A DNA stretch of 63,243 bases, filler included, from Chiloscyllium plagiosum (Eukaryota): the NCBI RefSeq assembly GCF_004010195.1. It is 4 parts of 2 records of this genome, joined end to end, with 100 filler letters (N's around TTAATTAATTAA, not from the genome) between each part and the next. Parts side by side here need not be neighbours in the genome. Positions count along the whole stretch, not along the records: positions 1 to 26,803 come from NC_057711.1; positions 26,904 to 47,342 come from NC_057711.1; 2 more parts are not named here. One strand, written 5' to 3'. Positions 24,453 through 35,500 of the stretch are shown one piece after another (positions within the stretch are counted from its first letter, which is position 1; each line of letters starts with the position of its first letter). The notes under the pieces are model-generated. The model did not search any database. It was not told the DNA's origin and saw only the letters and a list, made by a program, of their open reading frames with translations. The position numbers and the translations under genes are program-made.

Positions 24453-24819
24453 GAGTGCTGGTGGGCTAAGGTAGCCGTATGAACTAGCCTGCGTTTAAAC
24501 ATTCGCGCGATGAATGTCACCAACAAAGAACTATCCTGTAGTCACCCCAGCATTGCAAGTAAAGGGATTCTGTAAGTCTGAGTGCTCGAATTTGGCGAGC
24601 TAACAAACTAGACAAAAAGAAACAGCACAACAAAAGGAGTTCCCCATCACCCTGAATGCTGAAATTCATTCACTATTAAAAAAAAATGAGAAAAACAGAA
24701 TCTCAAACAATAGTGCCAGAAGCCTGGAGGATAGCAAGTGTTGTCCCCTTGTCCAAGAAGGGGAGTAGAGACAACGCTGGAAATTATAGACCAGTGAGTC
24801 TTACTTCAGTTGGAGGTAA

Positions 24820-26475
24820 AGTCACAGAGTCATAGAGATGTACAGCATGGTAACAGACTCTATGATCCAACCTGTCCACGCTGACCAGATATCCCAACCC
24901 AATCTAGTCCCACCTGCCAGCAGCCAGCCCATATCCCTCCAAATCCTTCCTATTCATATACCCATCCAGATGCCTTTTAAATGTTGCCATTGTACTAGCG
25001 TCCACCACTTCCTCGGGCAGCTCATTCCATGTAAGTATCACCCTCTGCGTGAAAATGTTGCCCCTTAGGTCTCTTTTATATCTTTCCCCTCTCATCCTAA
25101 ACCTACGCCCTCTAGTTCTGGACTCCCCTGCCCCAGGGAAAAGATCTTTTCTACTTATCCTATCCAAGCCCCTCATAATTTTGTAAATCTCTTTATGGTC
25201 ACCCCTCAGAAGATTAGATTAGATTACATTACAGCATGGAAACAGGCCCTTCGGCCCAACAAGTCCACACCGACCCACCGAAGCGCAACCCACCCAAACT
25301 CCTACATTTACCCCTTAGCTAACACTACGGGCAATTTGGCATGGCCAAATCACCTGACCTGCAAATCTTTTGGACTGTGGGAAAAAACCGGAGCACCTGG
25401 AGGAAACCCACACAGACACGGGGAGAACGTGCAAACTCCACACAGTCAGTCGCCTGAGGCGGGAATTGAACCCGGGTCTCAGGCGCTGTGAGGCAGCAGT
25501 GCTAACCACTGTGCCACCGTGCCGTCCACAACGCACTCTAAGCACTCCACTGGTCACAGGCCTCCAGTTTGAAAAACATCCCTCCACCACCACCCTCTGT
25601 CTTCTACCTTAAAACCAGTTCTGTACCCAAATGGCTAGTTCTCCCTGTATTCCGTGCGATCTAACCTTGCTAATCAGTCTCCCATGGGGAACCTTGTCGA
25701 ACACCTTACTGAAGTCCACATAGATCACATCTACCGCTCTGCCCTCATCAATCCTCTTTGTTACTTCTTCAAAAAATTCAATCAAGTTTGTGAGACATGA
25801 TTTCCCACACACAAAGCCATGTTGACTATCCCTAATCAGTCCTTGCCTCTCCAAATACATGCACATCCTGTCCCTCAGGATTCCCTCCAACAAACTGTCC
25901 ACCACCAACATAAAGCTAATTGGTCTATAGTTCCCTTGCTTGTCCTTACCACCCTTCTTAAATAGTGGCACCACGTTAGCCAACCTCCAGTCTTCCAGCA
26001 CCTCACCTGTGACTATTGATGATACAAATATCTCAGCAAGAGGCCCAGCAATCACCTCCCTAGCTTCCCACAGAGTTCTTGGGTGCAGCTGATCAGGTCC
26101 TGGGGATTTATCCACTTTTATGTGTTTCAAGACATTCAGCACTTCCTCCTCTGTAATATGGACATTTTTCAAAATGTCACCATCAATTTCCCTCCACTCT
26201 ATATCTTCCATATCCTTTTCCACAGTAAACACTAATGCAAAGTACATGTTTAGTATCTCCCCCAATCTCCCGCAGCTCCCACATAGGCCGCCTTGCTGAG
26301 CTTTGAGTGGCTCTAGTCTCTCCCCAGTTACCCTTTTGTCCTTAATATATTTGTAAAAACCCTATGGATTTGTCTTAATTCTATTTGCCAAAGCTATCTC
26401 CTGTCCCCTTTTTGTCCTCCTGATTTTTCTCTTTAGTGTACTCCTACTGCCGTTATACTCTTCTGAGGATTCACT
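24820..26475 (-). mobile_element. HER1-like CR1 LINE (RT domain and tail), split by a SINE
   Basis: ORF 25609..26265 has KSPGPD, NYRPIS, QHGF, DFSKVFDKVPH; ORF 24904..25176 is the C-terminus. Confidence 0.95.
25211..25527 (-). mobile_element. HE1-like V-SINE
   Basis: tRNA-like head GGCACGGTGGCACAGTGGTTAGC, GGTTCAATTCC, V-domain, AATCT-repeat tail. Confidence 0.92.
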
Positions 26476-26803
26476 CAATAGACAATAGACAATAGACAAT
26501 AGATGCAGGAGTAGGCCATTCAGCCCTTCGAGCCTGCACCACCATTCAATATAATCATGGCGATCATCCTTAATCAGTATCCTGTTCCTGCCTTATCTCC
26601 ATAACCCTTCATTCCATTATCTTTGAGAGCTCTATCCAACTCTTTCTTAAATGAATCCAGAGAGTGGGCCTCCACTGCCCTCTGGGGCAGAGCATTCCAC
26701 ACAGCCACCACTCTCTGGGTGAAGAAGTTTCTCCTGAGCTCTGTCCTAAATGGTCTACCCCGTATTTTTAAGCTGTGTCCTCTGGTTCAGCACTCACCCA
26801 TCA
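26476..26803 (-). mobile_element. CR1 LINE 3' end with (CTATTGT)n tail
   Basis: CAATAGA repeats at 26476-26502; RRNFFTQRVVAVWNALPQ on minus; same tail at about 30930-31026 (+). Confidence 0.85.
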
Positions 26804-26903
26804 NNNNNNNNNNNNNNNNNNNNNNNNNNNNNNNNNNNNNNNNNNNNTTAATTAATTAANNNNNNNNNNNNNNNNNNNNNNNNNNNNNNNNNNNNNNNNN
26901 NNN
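26804..26903. other. Assembly gap with TTAATTAATTAA spacer
   Basis: 44 N + TTAATTAATTAA + 44 N; same layout at the other two gaps. Confidence 0.95.
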
Positions 26904-27411
26904 TGTGGATGAATGCCATGCCTCTAGGAATTCTCTGGCTGTTCTCTGTTTGGCTTGTCCTATAATAGTAGTGTTGTCCCAGTTGAATTCATGTTGCTTG
27001 TCATCTGCGTGTGTGGCTACTAAGGATAGCTGGTCGTGTCGTTTCGTGGCTAGTTGGTAAACGACACGACCAGCTATCCTTAGTAGCCAGACACGCAGAT
27101 GACAAGCAACATGAATTCAGCTGGGACAACACTACTATTATAGGACAAGCCAAACACAGAACAACCAGGGAATTCCTAGAGACATGGCACCCATCCACAG
27201 ATTCAATCAATAAGCACATCGACCTGGACCCAATATACCGACCACTGCAGCGGACAGCTGGAACTGACAACCGGAAGCGGCAGATTCAAACCACTACAAA
27301 TGCCGGAGGAAAGCGCTTCACAGGAGGCTCCCAAGCACTGAGGATGTCACCTAGACAGGGGACGAAACGTCTGCAACACAAATTCCCAGCTCGGCGAACA
27401 GAACCACGACA
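26904..27411 (+). mobile_element. Penelope-like element family B, fold-back
   Basis: 26904-27050 is the inverted copy of about 27060-27200; plus arm reads KRHDQLSLVARHADDKQHEFSWDNTTIIGQA...REFLE (PLE endonuclease C-terminus); homologous to 52097-53610. Confidence 0.85.
27335..27374 (+). ncRNA. Minimal type I hammerhead ribozyme motif (PLE family B)
   Basis: GCA-CUGAGGA-U-GUCACCU-AGAC-AGGGGAC-GAA-ACGUC-UGC: core intact, stem I GCA/UGC, stem II 6 of 7 pairs. Confidence 0.8.
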
Positions 27412-27558
27412 TTGGTAGAAAATGCATTGCAGAGATTGGTGGAGAATACATTGCAGTGATTTTAATTAGGTCAGCCAGGTGGACCTCATAGTTCCCTAAC
27501 TGGGGCTGATAATCTGGTCCAATCAGGGAGCTCTGGCTGACCGAAATAAACAGGAGTC

Positions 27559-28315
27559 CCCCCTGTGTGGAGGGGGTTGGGTAGGTCAGAGGATCTCCTC
27601 GTGGGTCTGCTCCTGGGCCTGGCCAAACTGGCCATAGGAGAAAGTGAGGACTGCAGATGCTGGAGATCAAAGCTTAAAAATGTGTTGCTGGAAAAGCGCA
27701 GCAGGTCAGGCAGCATCCAAGGAGCAGGAGAATCAACGTTTCAGGCATAAGCCCTTCTTCAGGAAGGGCTTCCTGAATAAGGGCTTATGCCCGAAATGTC
27801 AATTCTCCTGTTCCTTTGATGCTGCCTGACCTGCTGCGCTCTTCCAGCAACACATTTTCAAACTGGCCATAAACAGGTCCAGGCAGCGGGCCGTGGAGGG
27901 GGTCGTTAGGGCCGACTGCCTGCCCCTCTTCCGCGGTTACGTTAGAGCCTGGGTGTCTCTGGAAATGGAGCACGTGGTGTCGACCAACACCCTCGAGCTG
28001 TTCAGGGAAAAGTGGGCACCACAGGGAGTGGGGTGTATTATTTCCTCCTCCAACTCTATTTTGATTTAATCCCTGCCCTCCCCATCACTGTCTGATCATG
28101 CAGCATTGCCCTCTGATGAGAAGGGCATCACTTGTCACTGGCCACTCTGGTGTTTCCTTTCTTTCTGGTGATGGAATATAAATAAAGGTTTACACACCTA
28201 TTGTTCTTCACTGTGTCCAACACCTGCAAACACACAACATGGGTGCTGGGGAAAAATAAGCACTACCACTGTTAGGCGGTAGTGTGGGGGAAAATAAGCA
28301 AAGAAAGGGAAAAAC
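27559..28315 (+). mobile_element. Tx1/L1-clade LINE 3' end
   Basis: Removing the PLE insert and one TSD restores EDLLVGLLLGLAKLAI-NRSRQRAVEG...FRGYVRAWVSLEMEH...ELFREKWAPQG...* (stop 28067-28069); AATAAA and A-rich end follow. Confidence 0.7.
27637..27858. mobile_element. Fold-back PLE mini-element (family A), 13-bp TSD
   Basis: TSD CAAACTGGCCATA at 27624-27636 and 27859-27871; arms meet at ...CAGGAAG-GG-CTTCCTG... Confidence 0.9.
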
Positions 28316-29198
28316 AACAGGTGTCCAACATTCTGTTCACTCTGAGATCTGGCTTTGAAGGAGCTGGATCAGTGTCCAGGATTCTCCATTTGTGTCAGGG
28401 AGGAGACTGACTCTGAGCTGATTGGCCCACATCCAGTGTGTTACTACCGCTGTTGGGTTTTCTACAGAGATGGAGAGATTCCTTTTCTCTCTTCCTCTTG
28501 TTTCAGGTAGACATTTTTGATTTTTGGTTTTCTATTTGTTTATTGTGATTTTTTTTTCTCTGAGTTTCTTTCTGTTTATTTCCTTAAAGAAAAAAAGAAA
28601 AACAAACAGGAGTCTCATCCATCCTGAGACTCTGACAGCTGGGTCTGAAGGGGTTGGATCAGTGCCAAGGACTCTCCCTGTGTAAATAAAGAGTGACTTG
28701 GTGATGGGATGCTGTGGAATTATTTCATACACCATCAGAGACTATCTACAGAGGGTTTACGGGATGAACGCAACAACAGCAATTACATTTGGTCCAGCCT
28801 CGTGATCTTAGGGAATTGTCTCCATCCAGAGACTATGTGACATCAATAGAACTTTAACTCTGACCCAATCATGGGGGTAGCCAATGTAATATAAGCACAA
28901 ACCCATCTGATTCAATGATGTCCTTTACTTGGGTCTGGTACAAACGTGACTCCAAACCCACAGCAATGTGAATAGCACTTAAGATGCTCGGTTTCCTTCT
29001 GGAGGGGTTTGGGTCATCAGCCTGTTGTTGTGTCTTCATTTTTAGTTTCTCAGTTTGAAGTTCCCCTGGTTCTCTGCAGATGTGAAGATCCAGAATTTCT
29101 TTCTAGATTTCAAATGAATTAACACACCTTGGTTATATCAATACTTTTTTCAAAATTACGCGTTGCTATTCATGTTTTGATATATTCATCGGTGACCT

Positions 29199-30209
29199 AG
29201 AACAAAGAACAAAGAGCAAAGAACAATACAGCAAAGGAACACTTAATGGTAGGGTCCTGGGAGAGTTGTCAAAGAGACCCTGGGATGCATGTTCATATTT
29301 CCTTGAAAATGGAGTGTGGGTGGCACGGTGGCACAGTGGTTAGCACTGCTGCCTCGCAGCGCCAGAGACCCGGGTTCAATTCCCACCTCAGGCGACTGAC
29401 TGTGTGGAGTTTGCACATTCTCCCCGTGTCTGCGTGGGTTTCCTCCGGGTGCTCCAGTTTCCTCCCACAGTCCAAAGATGTGTGGGTCAGGTGAATTGGC
29501 CATGCTAAATTGCCCGTAGTTTTAGGTAAGGGGAAATGTAGGGGTATGGGTGGGTTGCGCTTCGGCGGGGCGGTGTGAACTTGTTGGGCCGAAGGGCCTG
29601 TTTCCACACTGTAAGTAATCTAATCTAAACAGGCCCTTCGTCCCTCCAAGCCTATGCTGACATATTTTACCCTTCTTTTTCAAAACTGTCTTCACTTACA
29701 GGATCCGTATCCCTCTATTCCCTTCCTATTCATGTGTTTGCCCAGGTGCCTCTTGAATGCTGCCTTTGTGTCTGCTTCCACCACCTCCTCAGGCAGCATG
29801 TTGCAGGCACTCACCTCGCTTTCTGTGAAAACTTGCCTCACACATCTGTTTTAAGCTTACGACCCCCCACAACTTGAACCTGTGACCCTCTGTAATTGAC
29901 CACTGCACCCTGGGAAAACGCCTCATACTTTCCACTCTGTCCATGCCATTCACAATCGTATAAACTTCTATCAGGTCGCCCCTCAAACTTGTGCATTCTA
30001 GTGAAAACTAACCCAGTCTATCCAACCTTTCTTCCTAGCTAAAATTCCCCTTACCAGGCACCATCCTAGTAAACCTTTTCTGTACCCTCTCGAAATCATC
30101 CACATCTATCTGGTAATGTGGTAACTGGAACTGTACGCAATATTCCAAGTATGGCCTAGTGAAAGTTCTGTTAACCTGCAACATAACTTGCCTATCCTTA
30201 TACTCAATG
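29199..30209 (-). mobile_element. CR1 LINE 3' part with (TTCTTTG)n tail
   Basis: ORFs 29789..29986 and 30035..30220 (RPYLEYCVQF); AGAACAA repeats at 29199; paralog at 39283-39944. Confidence 0.85.
29318..29627 (+). mobile_element. HE1-like V-SINE
   Basis: GGGTGGCACGGTGGCACAGTGGTTAGC head, V-domain, ...GTAAGTAATCTAATCTA tail. Confidence 0.92.
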
Positions 30210-32899
30210 AATAAAAACAAACCTCTTTAGAACCATTATGGTAAATACAGTATATAGTTCTATACAGATTGACATCTATAGCCTTTGATATTACAATTGT
30301 CATGCAATTTGAAAATTAATTAATTGGCTATGTAACATTTTGAGACATCCTGATTTGTGAAAGGTCCCATGTAAGTCCAGTTCTGTCTATTATTATGCTT
30401 TCAACAGTTTGATGAGATAATACTTGCTAACAAGGAAACTTGCTTTTCGATTGGAAAAAGTTGCTTGTTTCTACATTGCCGTATGGAGGCCCATCATTTT
30501 ACTTGAAAGCTTGATTATAATTAATCCTTGATTTACACTATGAACAGTTCTTCCTCAGTATCACTGCCAGATTAGGACAGAGGTCAGGCTATGTCATAAA
30601 GCTGGAACTGTGTAGGGGGCAGGACAAGGATGAATGCTGAGTGCTGTGGAGCCAATGTTGATTTACAATCAAAAGAAAACTAAACATAAAGTTAAGACCA
30701 AGGACGGATCACAGTGCATCCAAAAAAAGAACACTGAGAAGCCTGGAAGTAAATTCTAGGCAGAATTGGATGCAGAGGGAGATGGAATGGGCCTCCTAAA
30801 TTGGATCAGAAATTTGTGGAATTAGAAATTCAACTTGAGCAGTAACTTAAAATGAATAACATTTTATAGCCCTCTGCTAGATTTTTTTTATTCTCGAATG
30901 GGACCTGGACAACATCAGCTGGGCCAGTATTAAGGATGATCAGCCATGATCATATTGAATGGTGGTGCAGGCTCGAAGGGCAGAATGGCCTACTCCTGCA
31001 CCTATTGTCTATTTTCTATTGTCTATTAATTATCTTTGAGAAGGTGGTGGTATGCTGCTTTAGGTAAGACCCAAAATTACCCCCCAGTATATTCCCTACA
31101 ATATCCTTTCCCATTGCAACAGAGTTTGACATATGATGTGATGTTTAATGGGCATTTGATTCAAATCACTCATTTCACACTCTGCCTCTACTAAAGGTCA
31201 ACGTTCCTATGTCTAAACATGAGTCAGTTTGCTAGTAATTTCCTTGCCATATAAATTACAGCTGTATATATTAATGCATGCAATTCAGAAATCACAACAC
31301 TGACTAAAATCCTCAGAAGGGTGTGCCCTGGATCAATTTTTTTCTGTTGGACTAAAACTGGAGATGAAATTGAAGTGGAATATTTTTGATTAATTCCATT
31401 CCATGAGTGCTCTGCCTGAAGGTAGGAGCTTGGCTCATTGTCTGCTGAACCTTCATCCTGTGCCAATATTCTTGGCAGTTTGCATTAGCAAGAGCTTGCC
31501 ATTACCTTCCAATCCTTGGAGCAGGGTGAGGAAGGAGGTTCCAAGTCTACCTCAGCCAGGGCAGGAATCAAACCCATGCTGTTGGCATTATTCACAACCA
31601 CATGCTAATCATCAAGCCAACTGAGCTAACTGATCTCCCTTTTGATTAATACCATTGCTGGAAAGCAAAAGTAAATTATAATGCTTTATACAGGAGACAA
31701 ATCTTGGAACTAAAATAACAGAAAAAAATTCTTAATTTTTGAAAGAGAAAAAAAATTGACATTACAGACTTGATGACTATGATAATGATGACAGATATTA
31801 CAAATTTTATTAAGAAAGGTATGTCGATATTTAAAGATAGTCCCTTCATTTTTGACATGATAGGTGTATTTACATTAAATAGACTATAATAAGCAATCAT
31901 TTGCAATAATTTTGAATGGTTGTGATTTTGAAGCACTGATTAATTTTGTGTTTATTTATATGTGAATGGGTAAATTTATCAGGTAAAATAGATACTTTTA
32001 ATTTGTTTAGCTAACCATTCTGCTGTCATGAGCAACATCAGGACAAAATTAATTTGACTTCTGGTCTTCCCTTTTTACTACTATGTAGAAATCTGGCTTC
32101 AGCAGTCAAAATCATTTTCTTTCTCAATCTGCTCGAACATTGCAAAGTATGCTCGTGACTCATGGATTATAATAACAATATTTCTATTTATGAAGTTTAG
32201 AACATACTGCAATATGAAATCAGATGAAACCATCTGTTTCATCAATTTCTCTAACACAGTGACAACGCAGAAGAACCTTTTCATGTATAAGATAGATTAT
32301 TTGACATTTCCATGGTCCCAATAGCTCAGTAAACATTTGAGTTGATTTTACTTGAGAATATGTTTGGGACAAGTGAAGTTTCAGGTAAAAGTCATACTGG
32401 GAGCTCAAGGATGCTTGAGACCTAGAGGAAGCACCCTCAGGATAAAGTTAGGGCAAAGCAGAGGCAAACATTAGAGGACGTCTGCCAAGAAGATTACAGT
32501 AATCAGACTCAAGATAGAGCAGCCTGCCTCTAGCCAAGGGAAAGCCACTGTGTTTGCATCACATTACAGTAAAAGGAGGTAAATAAGAAAGATTTATCAG
32601 TTTCACAAAGGGATTTACTTTCATGTTTATATAAATGTTCATTGAATTATTTCAATGAATGGGAAATTTTATTTGCATTCCCTGGCTTATGGTACTTACT
32701 TTGTTAGCTTCTTCATTCACACTGCCATAACTGCATGACCATGAGAAGAAATGGTGTGGGGTTGAAGGCTTGGCTATTGGAATGAGATGTGTTTTGGAGG
32801 GCTCAGGGAGCAGAGCATTTATGAAGGAATGTTCATGATTACATGCACAGATATGAGTGAATGTCTCTGCATGTGTCTGTGATAGGTTTCTGTGGTAGC

Positions 32900-33780
32900 T
32901 GGACATCCACCAGGACCATATCTGACTCCTTTTTCTTTCCTTTTCCCATTTGGATGATAATTGTTGAGCACCTTCTGCTGCAGCTCCGTTCATCTCCATG
33001 TCACAATGTCATACACGGCCCAAGAGATGACAACAATCCTGGAGACTCATACTGGGGCCTAGTGAAAGCCACCTCCAGATCTGTAGAGGCATCTGAAGCA
33101 CATCTTGAGCAAATCCAACAGGTTTCTTTTTTTTTAATCATTGCCCCAGATAGTAATATGACTTTTGCTGTATCTCTCTTCTAGTTATGTTTTAGGGATC
33201 ATCAGCATCATCTTCTCAGAACTGTCTCAGAATTTAAAAAGTCTAGTGTAAAACTCCATGCTCATCTTGCTCTGGTGTCAATCAATCTGAACATTGAAGG
33301 AGTGGAAAGCTTTGGGTAGATAAAGACTCCAGGATGGTTTGATGATGCTGTAATTGCCAAATGTATACAACCAGTGCCTCCCTGCAACAATAAGAATCCA
33401 GCCAATCAGCACATTGGACAGCTCTGTGTGTTTGAAAGTTCTCTCCAATGGCAATGTTTACATGATTGACAGCCTTTGGAACATACACAGTGATGACCTT
33501 AAAGATGTACTAATCAGGAGTTTTAGAGGTCCTGGATATGTCATTCGTGGATCCCTGGAATGTGCTAGAACTAAGAAATTCATAGTTGTGATGACCTTGT
33601 TAATCATTGGCAAAGCAAGCATACTAAGGCTTCCTGCGCACTGATTTTCTTCCAGGAAGCTGCAGAGGTTTGCAATGATGCATTCTTATTCTGTTATTGA
33701 GAATGTTCATCCCCTATCTGATGACTCTGCACTGGGGATAGACCTCTATGGGTTGAGCTCTGTGTCTATCTCCTTTATCC
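32900..33780 (-). mobile_element. Highly decayed non-LTR RT fragment
   Basis: Minus strand shows KAV.H-, QGG- and ADD-like motifs in RT order, with many frameshifts. Confidence 0.3.
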
Positions 33781-33814
33781 TGTGGTTACACATGGTTTAC
33801 TCTTAGAGTTTCCA

Positions 33815-34100
33815 CTCACTTCTTAGAGTAAAGAAAGGACCTTTTAGAATGGAGGTCAGGAGAAACTTCTTCAGCCAGAGAGTGGTGAATCTATGGAATT
33901 CAATGCCACAGAAGGCTGTGGGGGCCAGAGCATTGAGTATAGTTAAGACTGAGTTAGATAGGTTCTTGAGTATGAAGGGGACCAAGAGTTATGGGGACAA
34001 AGCAGGTGAAAATTATCAGCCATGATTGAATGGCAGAGCAGACTCAGTGGGCTGAATGGCCTAATTTCTGCTCCTATTTCTTAAGGTCTTATGGTCTCAT
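33815..34100 (+). mobile_element. CR1 LINE 3' end
   Basis: FRMEVRRNFFSQRVVNLWNSMPQKAV; GATCAGCCATGA-type 3' UTR. Confidence 0.8.
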
Positions 34101-34913
34101 GGTTGCAGAGAACCAAACTGTCCAAACCAACAGATTTTCAGCCATCGTTGGTTACCCCCAGGTACAAGGGACCATCAACTGTACCCATTTGGTGCTCATA
34201 GTTCCTTATCATTATCCAACCAGTTTACAAAAGTGAAAGTGATATCTCTCCCTCACTGTCCGGCTCACAGGTGACCACTAGCAACAATTCCTGTTTGTCT
34301 CCAGGGAGAGCTTCCCAACACAGATTCGACACAGCTCCCTGCTTCATTGAATGTTTGTTCCCTGCACCATCTCCAGGGCTGGCTCATGAATGACAAGATG
34401 TCCCCCAGAATTATGGCTCATGATTCCAATACAGAGCCCTCAGCGCGAATGCTGCCCTTGCATCCACTTAACCCATTGCTCACAATCACCCTCTCAAGGC
34501 CAACTGGGTACAGATAATAAACAGTGGCCCGCCAGCAACACCCACATCTCACAAATGAATACATAAGAAAGCAAACTATTAGTCTCCTGATGGTCTGCGT
34601 TGATTCTAAAGAAAAGCCATTTCAGACATAAAACATTAACTTTGTTTCTTTCTCAACAGATGTTGCTTGGTTTGCTGAGCTTCTTTAGCATGTTCGGGTT
34701 TGTCTCTGGAATAGTGATTGCTTGCTGTGGCCTTAACAAACAAACTCAACGATTGGGTGAGAACTTAAATGGGAAGGAGGTAGACCAGTCACCTGTCTCC
34801 TCAGATGGGGAGGAGGGGAGTTGGAGCAAGGTGCTGAGGGAACCAGTGTTGAAGTTGTGGATGGTAGAGAAGCCAGGGCAGGACCGAGATGACATAGACA
34901 GGCCTGTGAGAAC

Positions 34914-35104
34914 CTGATAGCAGCTAGATTTGAGAATAAGTCACTTTGCATTAATATTTGTGGACAATTAGAACTAAGATGGAAATGTGTTGCTGGAAAA
35001 GAGCAGCAGGTCAGGCAGCATCTAGGGAACAGGAGAATCTGATAGCAGCTAGATTTGAGAATAAGTCACTTTGCATTAATATTTGTGGACAATTAGAACT
35101 AAGA
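34914..35104. repeat. Perfect 66-bp direct repeat flanking a 59-bp PLE fragment
   Basis: CTGATAGCAGCT...GAACTAAGA at 34914-34979 and 35039-35104; 34980-35038 is PLE family A terminus on minus. Confidence 0.9.
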
Positions 35105-35500
35105 GACAATTATGGTGCAGAGGCATTCTTGCCCTCGAGAAAATGCTTGCTTCATACATTTAAAAAGTTCAGATGCTTTGTTTGCCATTAATTGTAACTT
35201 TGATCTTTTGACACCAATGACAACAGTCTGTTTAGTTTTCTGACAGGGCTTCACGGTACAGTTATGCAGGATTACATGAGGGCTGCACTGTATATGAGTC
35301 AAATCTCAAATTGAAAGGGGCATTCATTTAACGTAGAGATATAGAGAGGCTAAACTATGCTGGTTGAGTTCCACAATCCAAACATCAAACATAAGTTTCC
35401 ATTTTCCAGAGTTATGTGTATTCCAGAAGGCAGCAGAGAACGACAGCCACAACACATTCCTCACTGCTCCCCATGATGTCCATCTGAGTGTGTACACAGA

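Larger units (their letters stand above)
27457..28394 (+). mobile_element. Solo-LTR-like repeat split by Tx1-like insertion
   Basis: 27457-27558 and 28316-28394 together match 56054-56284; a further partial copy lies at 28605-28727. Confidence 0.6.

Noticed and set aside
26848..26859. TTAATTAATTAA motif repeated three times in the window
   Set aside because: Always centred in 44+44 Ns; an artificial scaffolding spacer with stops in all frames.
28481..28512. Polypyrimidine-CAG|GTAGAC as a recursive splice site
   Set aside because: Weak donor, lies among repeat fragments, and there is no transcript evidence.
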